A stretch of DNA of 64,000 nucleotides from assembly GCF_964355755.1 (NCBI RefSeq), contig NC_092670.1, positions 39,172,388 through 39,236,387 of the forward strand. The letters run 5' to 3'. The position numbers and the translations under genes are program-made. This DNA is from Antedon mediterranea (taxonomy: Eukaryota > Animalia > Echinodermata). A model generated the notes under the pieces. The model saw nothing but the letters and a program-made list of their open reading frames with translations. It had not been told where the DNA came from and did no database searches. Below, one piece after another: positions 12,190 to 23,181 of this stretch (its first letter is position 1; the number at the start of each line of letters is the position of its first letter).

Positions 12190-13537
12190 ATGATGATACA
12201 AAATCAACGACAAAATTCAAATCAAAAAAATGATTTATTAGGCCACATCTATCCATCAACTTGTTATTGTTATTATTGATAAAGATACTCAGGCTGTACG
12301 TGGAAGGGAAGGTCGAGCTTCTTTGGTTCGAGTATGTAAATGAAAATAATTGTTAAATCGTTGAAGAAGACATTGTTGTCATCAACATGTGTGTATGGGC
12401 TTCGATGTGTGTGACGTCATTGGCGGGCTTTCTCGCAGCATTACGCTTATCTAATTACTATAACTAGTAATTGCTTAAAAAGAACGTTCAAGTCTATAGA
12501 GTAATTTTTTTAGATAAACAAATTATCAGATATTTACTTACAAGGACAGGCCTACATTAATGCAAACTAAACATGTATGAATAACAATTTACTTTTCTCC
12601 CGACTACTGGACTAGAATAGTCTACACCAGCATAATATAATATAAACAATAAAATATATTACATAACACACACACATTTACGTTTTCTCAATAATTACGT
12701 TATTGGTTCAAATGCGTACAAAATGATAGGAATCGTTATGGAAATACTATTATTAGCTAGTAAATACGGTAAATAATGATGTACTCCATAATAGAAGGGA
12801 CATTTAAGTCATATACTTAAGTCTTCGGTGAAGCTTAGTTAGAGAATGTACGTACATTGTCCTGTTTTATCAAGTTGACAATAACCATGACTGGACAGGA
12901 GATCACGTCGGAATGTCAAATTAATCATCTTTAAAATGACTTGTACATCAATATAACGATCTAAAACGACTAAACCTTTCTTAAAAAATAATACATTAAC
13001 AGATAGAGCTACCTAAGAACTGGTATTATAGAACATCGAAACACGCAGAATACCCGCGTGTTGCTCCCGAGGTTAAAATTAACTGTCGGGTGCCTAAATT
13101 TAATTACAACATTTGGTGTCCACGAATTATAACATTACGCGCGCATATACCACACGCGAACAAGTGATAGTAACAATCTGAACATTATCTGAAAACATAT
13201 TTTTCACATTACAAAGTAAAATGACAATACGATATATCGAAATACATTGATGAAGATGGTTCATACGCCTACATTGTATACAGAGACAACAGGCTATTTA
13301 TTGCACGTAACATCACTGAACCTACAAAACAGAACATTGATCAATGTTATTCTTTTGCCACCACAGTATTTAGGCCTACTTTATAGTAGTAGAGTTTGGA
13401 AAAAACATTGATTATGCTATATTGAGTAAAACCATAATACACTAGGTCTGTCCTAAAGAAATGTGTGTTCTTTTTTGTTATCAAACCAGACGAACTTATT
13501 TAAACGAAACTTAACTGAGGCCTTGCTGAAAATGGGC

Positions 13538-14713
13538 TCAGTCATTCCTTGATGTGTGATTTTCAGTAGGAACTTCACAGTCATCGATGCTTAGAGAAGT
13601 TTGTGAGCATCTAAGCGTTGAAACCGTTGTTGCCACAGAAAGCTGCGAAGATGCTTTACTCAACGGTCTTCCGACGACAGACAGTTGCACTTTACTCGAT
13701 GACTCTACATTGGTTATATTCGTACTTGAGAACTTCTCAGCCTTGTTTCCGCCATGCTTCTTTTTATTTCGGCAAAAGCATAGCACTGATCTGAACCTGT
13801 CGTTACTGTATGCGTATACGAAAGGGTTCATGATGCTGTTCAGGTACGCTGATAGCACTATGAGTTCGTTGTACACCGTTCCTTTATACACCGATGCTCC
13901 AAGAGTATAAGCAAAGAACATGATTTGATCAGGAGCCCAGGTTACGCCGTAAAAAATCGTAATAAACAAAAAGACTTTCACTAGCTTGTCACGAGTTTTG
14001 GAGAGATTCTTTGCCACGCCCTTCTGACTGAAGTTATGCATATTCTTCTGCATTGCTTTCATGTTTTTTATGATGCTGTAGTAAAGACAAAATATGCAAA
14101 ATAAGGGTAGAAGATAAGTAAACGTAAAGGTACAGAATCCAATGATACCCATTGATACTCGATCGGTATCTGCCAAAACGCAATGTCCACACTCGTCCAC
14201 TTTGACTGTATAGAAGCAAAAGTTTTGAAACACTGCACCGTAAACCCATGGTATTATCAAACATAGCGTAGTCTTAGAGCGAGATGTAGAGATACTTATG
14301 TACCGTAATGGATGCACAATCGCCCAGTACCGGTCCACCGTTATCATCAGCAAGCATATTCCGGATGTAACAAAACTTGACCATAGAAGAAACTGGGATC
14401 CATGGAATCTGCAGAGGAACTCGTGTAACATGTTTTGTTGGTATTTTACATCTGGTACTGGTATTATATAAGCGGATGCTATAAAATCAGCCAGTGCCAG
14501 GTTGCATATGAGCTTGTAACAAAGTTTTCGACGCAGAGATCTTGTAAACAAGATGAAAAGTCCAACGGTTCCATTTCCAACCACACCGAAAATTCCAAAC
14601 ACCATCGCAGCGATGTTTTGGTATGTCGAATAATCAATTACATTTGCCGTACAGTTAGATGAATCGTAAACATCATCATATAAGCTCTCATTAAAAACTT
14701 CATAGTCTTCCAT
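13538..14713 (-). CDS. Intronless rhodopsin-class (class A) GPCR, galanin/allatostatin-A receptor-like, ~391 aa
   Basis: Seven hydrophobic segments with GN in TM1, NLALAD, DRY, an ECL2 cysteine, WAP and NSIMNPFVY. The likely start is the ATG at 14713 (MEDYEVF); the ORF track extends from an upstream non-ATG codon. Confidence 0.9.
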   Translation of the reverse strand: MEDYEVFNESLYDDVYDSSNCTANVIDYSTYQNIAAMVFGIFGVVGNGTVGLFILFTRSLRRKLCYKLICNLALADFIASAYIIPVPDVKYQQNMLHEFLCRFHGSQFLLWSSFVTSGICLLMITVDRYWAIVHPLRYISISTSRSKTTLCLIIPWVYGAVFQNFCFYTVKVDECGHCVLADTDRVSMGIIGFCTFTFTYLLPLFCIFCLYYSIIKNMKAMQKNMHNFSQKGVAKNLSKTRDKLVKVFLFITIFYGVTWAPDQIMFFAYTLGASVYKGTVYNELIVLSAYLNSIMNPFVYAYSNDRFRSVLCFCRNKKKHGGNKAEKFSSTNITNVESSSKVQLSVVGRPLSKASSQLSVATTVSTLRCSQTSLSIDDCEVPTENHTSRND

Positions 14714-15110
14714 GTTGTCGCGTACTAATGCCAGTACACGAGTAAGTAATCTGGAGATTTTGATTTGTCGCAGTTGATGAAAAAGCTCGCTTTTATATAA
14801 CAAACTCTCGACAAATCACGTGGTATTATATAACACAGTTCAGCTATCGCACACCTTCCGATTAACAGATTATCGAATTTTTAAATTACTAAACAAAAAC
14901 TTTCATGAACCTAATCATCACTGCGGTTATTAAACGGAAGCCAGTGAATGAAGAAACGCTAAAAATGAATTCTTTTAATTTGTTTACTACAGTATCTCGA
15001 ATTCGTATTATCTGTACAATTGTTCATTAATGTGATGGACGTATAGTGGGAGTGGATTAAAAAAGACAAATGTGTAATAATGAAATGATATCTAAATTAA
15101 ATAGTATATA

Positions 15111-15275
15111 GAAAATATTCTTTTTTCCAAACCAATAATTAGTAAAAACTAACCTTGACAGTTTCGCTGTCCTGATCGGACAGCTTCTCACCAACTCAGT
15201 CACGTGTATATCAGGACAGCGAAACTGTCAAGGTTAGTTTTTACTAATTATTGGTTTGGAAAAAAGAATATTTTC
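15111..15275. repeat. Perfect 66-bp inverted repeat with 33-bp spacer; possible Penelope-like pLTR remnant
   Basis: 15111-15176 is the exact reverse complement of 15210-15275. The minus strand contains a hammerhead-like gctgtcc-gatca-ggacagc-gaaac-tgtc. Confidence 0.7.
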
Positions 15276-15299
15276 AATATACTTATACCTACAAACCAG

Positions 15300-15470
15300 A
15301 TGAACATTTTCAATCATGTTAAATTAAATAGTATTTTAGCTTATGAATCTCATATTCTCAACAATAAGTTAGTAGTTACCAGATCTGGAAAATTACCAAC
15401 AATTCCAGTTAAAACAAATAGACATAAATTTTCATTCTTACCTAGCGCTATTAGACTACACAACAATGAG
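15300..15470 (+). mobile_element. LINE ORF2 C-terminal fragment (Rex-Babar/Daphne-like)
   Basis: Peptide RSGKLPTIPVKTNRHKFSFLPSAIRLHN resembles the terminal motif of CR1-group ORF2. Confidence 0.6.
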
Positions 15471-15647
15471 TGTTTAAAGGTTTCATTAGGTCTGTTGTAT
15501 TTTATATTGCTTGATCAGTTGTTGTTGTTGTTAGTTAAAAGTTGATCACGAATGTAAATATTATGTGTGTATTGTTTTGCTTGTGCTTTTCTGCCAAGAA
15601 AACAATTAACATTATACTATGTATGAATGAATAAATCGAATCTGAAT

Positions 15648-15902
15648 TCAAAACAAAATGTGTTGTATAAGAGGCATCCGGATATAGAAATGTATTGATC
15701 ATTCCATTACTTCTGGAATGCTAGGATGATACATTTAATCAGGAGTGGCACAGGTTCGAATCCTCGGACGTGCAAAACAAAAGGTGTGTTATAAGAGACA
15801 TCCGGATATAGAAGTGTATTGATTAGTCTAATACTTCTGGAATAGTAGGATAATACTTTTAATCGGGAGTGGCACACGTTCGAATCCTCTGACGTGCAAA
15901 AT
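15648..15902. repeat. ~127-bp tandem duplication with B-box-like ggttcgaatcc
   Basis: Two diverged units tataagag.catccggatataga...gagtggcaca.gttcgaatcctc.gacgtgcaaaa. Confidence 0.65.
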
Positions 15903-16559
15903 AAAAATGACAACAAAGACAATCACGATTTTTATAAATTGGTTTAATGTGCAATAAAATCGATGACAACATTTTGATGATATTAAAAAAACGTATGCGG
16001 TAAGACAAGGTATTAGCTCAAAAAAAGAAGCGAAAATCTTTGATTAAACATGCCATTAGTCTAATAATTACGGAATGTACTTTAACAATTAAGTGCAGCC
16101 CCGAAACCAGTTCAAGAAATACCGGGATGGTGTCCGTCAAGGGATAGTTTCACCTTGTAGTTTAAGTTCTATTTATTTGTTGTTAGCCAAAAACGTTCAA
16201 TTCATTTCAATGTAAATGTTTTTTATTTGTTTACAAATGACTGAAAATAAATTTACTTGACTTGACTTACATTTGGGATAAAGACTCTAATTTATAATAA
16301 ATCATTGGTTAATTAATATATGCTATTTTTTAAATACAAACTATAACATCATTGTATTTAGGCTTATATATTGTGTTTTTCGTTTTACCAAAGTTACTGA
16401 TTGAAACGTTTTTTATTTTATATAAAATAACTCCATAATATCAGTTATTTTGTTATGATCTCTTGAGAGGCTTAATAAATTAAAATGTTATGGTATTATG
16501 TTTGTGATAAGCGCACAATCCAGATGGAAACATGCTATTTACATAAATGCGCCTCTTAA

Positions 16560-16720
16560 GTTATGTTTGACAGTGTGATGTGCCCAAATATGGTAGTGAT
16601 ATTCCCAAATATGGTAGTGATATGACATCATAATGTCCATATATAGGCACATCACATTTTGTTTGTCACATAAATGAACTGTATATCATTCTCTAAAGCT
16701 CCGGCTACACTATCAAATGA
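16560..16720. mobile_element. MITE family A copy, rearranged
   Basis: Internal gtgatgtgcccaaatatggtagtgatatgacatcat motif; a displaced TIR lies at ~16697. Confidence 0.6.
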
Positions 16721-16872
16721 TATACAGTTCATTTTTGCATTACTCAATTCGGATCCGTGCATCAGGACTTTCGTATAAAAAATGGTATAGATCAAAATAA
16801 TAATAATGTTCAATTTCTAAACGTTGTGTTTGTTTTCCTATTGAACGACTAAAGACAATGATGGCAACGATC

Positions 16873-16960
16873 AAACGAGTAAAACCGATGATAAACGAGT
16901 AAAACCGATGATAAACGAGTAAAACCGATGATAAACGAGTAAAATCGATGATACACGAGT
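16873..16960. repeat. 20-bp minisatellite (aaacgagtaaaaccgatgat), about 4 copies
   Basis: Direct reading. Confidence 0.9.
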
Positions 16961-17945
16961 GGAAAGGATTTAGTTAGAATGTAGTACATGGACTTAAAGG
17001 GACAGACTATAAGTCCAGACCAAGCCCTACGTCAAAGTACTATATACTGATTCCTACCATATAAGGTGTAAAGTAAAGGAAATATAATATATTTGGAGTA
17101 CTAATTGTATTATAATCAATATAATTTCGATGCTTTTAAAAATTTAATAAATGCCAGCTTCGGGAATGTACAATGCGTCAATAATGTTGGTATTACGTCA
17201 ACTAGTGTGTGTTTGCGTAGACACATTATGACAGAATACAACGAGACGCTGTTATTGAAACAATCGGTAATGTAAAAATATCGATGTTTGGAATAAGCTC
17301 GAAAGGTTTGTGCACGTTTTTCAAATTAAAAAATGTAATAAACTAAAAACAGCCAAGAGGCTTGCTCTACATACATTATAATTTGATATCAGCAATTAAA
17401 TGTTATTTAATGTTGTTTATCTATTCATATTTTTTTGTTTTTAATTTTTTTTTTTTATTTAAAAGTAACAGAGCATCTTCTTCTTGATATCCTAATCAAA
17501 TGAGTGAAGTAAATGTATTATCAACGGTGGGTAAATTAGAAAATGTACTCTCTGTTTTGAAGAGCTAATGATCGTTCTTCACAAGTACTCTGTCACAACA
17601 CGAAGAAGAAACGAAGCAATTACGCATTAAGGTTAACTACTGTGATGTCATAACGAAGTTTTATAGCCGCCTGGATCCCCAAGGCTAACATTTTTTCAGA
17701 AAAAGGTCCTTAATTTATTATCAGAGGGTATTTAATAGAAACATGAAAAATGATAAATTTCTACATGGAAACTGATTAGGTCACCCTCAATAAATATTTC
17801 ATTAATTATAATTACAGCTACCAAAAAAACAGCTACTGAAAATCCGATAAAAAATGGTACATTATTCAGACACCTACTCCCTGGGATATTAACCCACTTG
17901 GAAAACTAACTCGTGGACATGGCTCACTAAGTACTACCCTTCTAA

Positions 17946-18062
17946 AGCTATATCTACACTATAAAAATAATTCGAAAATGATGATGATGATGTCATATCA
18001 CTACCATATTTTGGAACATCACACTTTATTTGTCAAACTAGTTTGATAGGGTAGACAGAGCT
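17946..18062. mobile_element. MITE family A copy with TAA flanks
   Basis: taa|agctatatctacactat ... gtagacagagct|taa. Confidence 0.75.
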
Positions 18063-19005
18063 TAAGAAACTATCGGTCAACGAGAAATCACATTAAAATT
18101 AATAAGTAATTTTACCTTACGTTTCATCATTTTTTGTCGTTTTTTTGGTGTACGCATTTATTGTTGTAATATACAGTATATAAAAACAACTTATCTTGTT
18201 AATTTTAACTTGTTTGCCATTTTTCTCTAGAGAATCAGATATTATGGTAATTTCGGGTTTAATAAACATAATTACTGACGAAGTCTGACGTAGATTTCTA
18301 CCGAATTCTATATTTTACCGGTACCTACCATTTTTGATGTAAAAATGGAATTTGTGATTTTTATTATTTTTTAACATTAAACAACAAGGGATCATAATAA
18401 TTAAAAGGATGTATTAAAATTCATAAATTCTAAAAATTGATTAGTTCATACGCACTATTTCTGTTTATACGGAAAGGTCTTCCTCAAATGTCAACAATTT
18501 GCGACATGCTTAATATTAAACTTGCGTTTGAATTTTTGTCTGGTCAAGTATTATACGTATGAAACGCCATATGTGCCAAAAAATTTATCTTTTACTAATA
18601 TTAAATCGAAACACAGACTAGAATCTAGACTACAGGCTTATTACTATTAGTACAAAAGATAACTTCATGACTTTAATCACCGTCTATATTCTCTATTTAC
18701 CTTTTTCCAGTTTAATTTTGAATGTTTTGAAGTTTAAACAACTTAAGTTGTAATAAAATTGCATATCCTAGTACTATGTCTTTATTGCACAGATAAGAAA
18801 ATAAAAACACTGACAAATGTAATGATGATTAATGATAAAATAATAAGTATTAGTAATTATAATGATGGTGAATGTGATGTTATTGATGATATAACTACTG
18901 TATAACATTATAATGAAATTCATACTCATACTGTTGTGATATTTACTTACAGTAACTTACAGTACATGATGATGATAAGCACGAAGAGATAAAAACAGAT
19001 AATAA

Positions 19006-21751
19006 TTAAGATTTGCCAGTAGGCTTTTTAACTCCAGTAGAACTCTGTAGTTTACTACCTCCACCACTCTTGGACGGACTAGAAACTCTTCTATTGCTTG
19101 TTGTTGTGGAGGCATGACTAGCGCCATCTATCACTCTATGTCTGGGATTAGCCTTGACGGTCGCAGGACCACCTCTTGCTCTTTGCTTTTCTTCTTTTAA
19201 CTATTAAAATGTTTAATATAATCAAAGCATTAGCAATATTATTGTATTTCCAATTTCTCAAAACAACAAAATGTGTACAGCTATTAAAGATGTATTGTTC
19301 CCCTGAAAAAATAATGTTTAACATTACATTGTTTTTAATATGCCGTTTTAATGTCATATAATAGTTACATAATAGATAAAAAAAATGTGTTTACCTAAAA
19401 AAACTGTAATTTAAAGCAAAAAATAGTCGAATTGGTTGCCATCCAAAGGGTTTTTGTTTAAATGTTACCACTTATTTTGTCATTTTATATGAGAAAAAAT
19501 GTTTTTTTAATTTTTTTTTAACAGAAGGGATCTAACAATTAAAACTACAAAATAACCTATTCATAGTCTGATTTAATTAATATTAATTTTTCGTGTTTTT
19601 TGGAGGGACAATACACCTTTAAACAATTCAATACTTAATCAAAAATACACATTAACTCTTACTCTTTGCTGATATCTTTTTTCATAATATTCCATATCTG
19701 CATCAGTTCCTGTGAATTTAAAGTTAGCAAGCTCGTCAGTAACTTGATTCACTCCTGCCCCTTTTAAAGTTCTCAATGTTGAAGCATGCATTTTCAGAAA
19801 TGGATGATCTGACGAGGTGATTGGCTGGTTTAAGAAAGCGTCGTCTGGTGTTCCTATACCACTATCATCCAATCTCATGTATCCCTCAGCTAAAGAACTG
19901 AACCCTGTTAAACCACCCATTGCTACATATGGTACATCCCTGCCAACCGGGTGACCACGTGCCAATCGTTCTTCTTTTGTCTCTACAATCATGTCATGTG
20001 CAAATGCTGGTTGAGTGCAGGTACAGGTGTAAGAACTCCGGAATGAAACACAATCACATTTGGCTGAAAAATTAGAGTTTTTTATAATTCGTAAATTGAA
20101 GCTTAAAATTATTATTATTAAAGTTATCTAACCAGCAAAAACACATTGTGCACTTTTAACAACTGTTGGGGTTGATTCAAGGAAGGCAATCTAACAAGAG
20201 GATGCTAAGCTGCGGAGATCAAAGGGTTTATCTGTGGCTGCAAGCCATACAGCACTGTTGGTATTTTCTGCAGCCAGACATAAGATCATAGGACTGTTAC
20301 AAGTTCCTATCTTGGGAGGGTGAGCTCAGCCGCCATGAGGTTCTTGTTTTTAGATTGCCTTGGTTTAAGGAAGGGTAGTTTTCTAACTCTACAATAAACT
20401 GTAATGAACAAAAGCCAACCTTTTTTGCACTTGTGTGATGAGCCTTCGAAGTGTTCTTCAGAAGTGTGTTTACAACGACATCGAATTGGCTGACTTCCAA
20501 CTCGTGGAACATAATTATAAGATACGCATTTACATCTTCTCACCTTGCAAGGAAGAGCAATTGGTCGTTCTGTTGGAATTTCTTTAAAGTCAGTTTTATG
20601 CTGTTTATACCTGAGAAAAATATACTTTTTAGTGAAAACAGGGCTCTAATTCACCTAGCAATTTGCTGCTATAGATTATAATATTGTGCTTTAAAAAAAA
20701 AATTTACAATAACATTATTGAGTGTGTGGACACAGTTGGGCTTATTAAAAAAAGCACTGAAATGTGTTGTGGTAATTTAAAATATCTCTATACTTCACAG
20801 TAGGTTAAACATATAGTACATGCCTATAGTACCATAAATATAAATACTGTACCTATGCTGACAGAAGCAAAGTGTTTCAGGCCCAATCAGTTTACAGTCC
20901 ATTCCAGTTGGCCCTGTCCAGCTGACAAAAAGTCGGTTCTGCATTCTGATTGGTAAAACATTTCTTTTATACTCTTCATACTCATCTGGAGTAAATAATT
21001 TACCACCATCATCTTCACCTACTATTCTGAAATAAAATAATTATTATCAATTTTATATTATTAGTTAGGCCTAGGCTAGGTTAGCAAAAATCCTGAGTCG
21101 GATTCAAATAAGCTCTACTTATGTTTAGGCTTCTGAGGCCCTAGTTAGATGTACTACACAAGCTGGAGAGGTAGGAGGCCTAGCCCTAGCTAGACCTACC
21201 CCTTCTATTTTAGCCCTACTATCTACACACAGTCACAGGCCTTTCGTTGTTGTATAATAATGCATGTCTTTTATTAAATAAAAAAAAATCACAATTTAAA
21301 ATAAATGTATTTTGAAATATATTATCTTTAGTTAGGCCTATTATCTATATCATGTGTATGTAGCCGTGTTGGCTACAACTGCCTAGCCCTACACTACTAC
21401 TAGGCCTAGTACTACTACCTGTCCTATAGGCCTCTACTACTACTACTACTAGCCTACTAACTGCATGGCCCCAGAGGGTTAGAGGCCTAAAAAGGGGGCC
21501 TAGCTGAGTAGTCTATCCTAGATAGAGAGGCCTACTCTCTACCAAGACTAGAGGTAAGATAGGTCTAACCAAGGAGTTGTTATTATCTAACAACAACAGT
21601 AACAGTAACACCCTGTGGTCTAACCTAGCTAGCTAGCTAGAGCCTACTACTACAAGGTAGCCTATTTTATAACTTACCGTTTGTACTCTAAATATTGATC
21701 AATAGACGATGCTGCATTTGGACCAAATTTTAGATGGTATTGTTCTCCCAT
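19006..21751 (-). CDS. FAM221A: Protein FAM221A, five coding exons
   Basis: Exons 21751-21678, 21026-20853, 20610-20420, 20063-19663 and 19200-19006 give MGEQYHLKFGPNAASSIDQYLEYKRIVGEDDGGKLFTPDEYEEYK...GPETLCFCQHRYKQHKTD...GSQPIRCRCKH...VETKEERLARGHPVGRDVPYVAMGGLTGFSSLAEGYMRLDDSGIG, nearly identical to vertebrate FAM221A motifs. Confidence 0.93.
19284..19622. mobile_element. MITE family K copy in FAM221A last intron
   Basis: ttaaagatgtattgttccc ... gggacaatacacctttaa. Confidence 0.8.
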
Positions 21752-22230
21752 TATATAAAAATAAATTAATGAAAACCTTATGTCAAACAAGTTTTCTATT
21801 AACAAAATATCGACTTTGTTTTTGTAGGAAAAAGAAAAAACGAAATAGCATCACGTCGCCAGGGCGGCAGCTCCAGAGGGCCACATTCAATGAACCGTAA
21901 AAAATGACAAGCTGTGACCTATACTACTAGTAGTAATATATAACTAATTTTTAATTTAAAATATTTAAATTTCTATTGTTAACAGTTATTTAAATACATA
22001 TATATACATTAAACAATATATTTACTAAAATGTATATATAACTATTTTATCTTGTCCAAAACAGAATTGCTGCCAACAATACTTTTTTATTGAAAGCCGG
22101 AAACGTGGCATGGCGAAAAAAAAACAAACAAAACGAAAGACGACGGAAGATTGCTGCTTGGATACAAGACGCTACGCAATCTTTAAAATAATAATAATAA
22201 ACGGCCTAGGCTAGGCCTAGTCATTGGTAA
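21752..22230. promoter_or_regulatory. Probable bidirectional promoter between FAM221A and beta-H spectrin
   Basis: The genes are divergent. ETS-like gccggaa and YY1-like atggcg occur near 22096-22115. A likely untranslated spectrin exon ends near 22227 and splices to the acceptor tactgtag at 23132. Confidence 0.5.
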
Positions 22231-23181
22231 TTATTTATGATAATACTAGTTATTTGTAAAATATATATATATATATACGACGATGTAGTCGATGTTATTT
22301 TTTAAAGTTAGGTTTAGCCTATAGGCCTAGCCTAGTCTTGTAGTAGGCTAGGCCTAGCCTACTAACTAGCTAGCTAGGCTCTGGCCTAGCTAGGCTAGTA
22401 GAGTAGTAGTACTGTGTAGCTCTCTATGCTAGGCCCTTTTTTAGGCCTACTAGTAGGTAGGACCGAGCGAGGACTTTTTGGCTAGTCCTCTAGAACTAGC
22501 TAGCTGTATAGACTAGCTAGCTGTATAGACTAGCTGAACGGGCACCTATCCGCATATCAAATCATTGGAATTTATGCCACGAAAAATGTAACAAAATATC
22601 AATATATATAAAAAAAAATAATAATACAGTATATTAATAAAAAATCCTATATTCATAAATTTTAGACAATATCACAACTGAAATATACAGACATTAACTG
22701 TACGACATCTTCTTTCAGTAGTTTACTACTGTAGGTCTACAGTATGTGGACTCGAGTCGAGACAATTGTGGCCAGGATGTTAATTATAATACAATCTTTT
22801 TTTAATACTATTCGTACTATGTTCGTAACTCTAGTTATTATCATTATTTATTTCAAAGTGTAAATTCAAAATGAATTGTATCATGAAGATCTAATGATAG
22901 GCAGAGGAAATAATGTAGGCAGAGGGAATAATGTTGGCACAGACACGCAGGCATTCAAAACAACTAATAATGATGTGATTTGTTTTGGAAACGTTACCAC
23001 ACCACTGTCAGGATCATCTCACACACACATATTGTAATTGTAAGTAGAAATAAAACAAATAATATTCACAATTGCATGCAAATAAAAAGTTGTTGTAATG
23101 ACTAATAATAATAGTAAAAATATTTACTGTAGGTATCTCTTGTCTGAAATGATGGATAAACACACCTAGACTTGAACAAAA

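Noticed and set aside
14714-14803. 30-aa N-terminal extension of the GPCR in the ORF track
   Set aside because: It starts at a non-ATG codon; the first in-frame ATG is at 14713.
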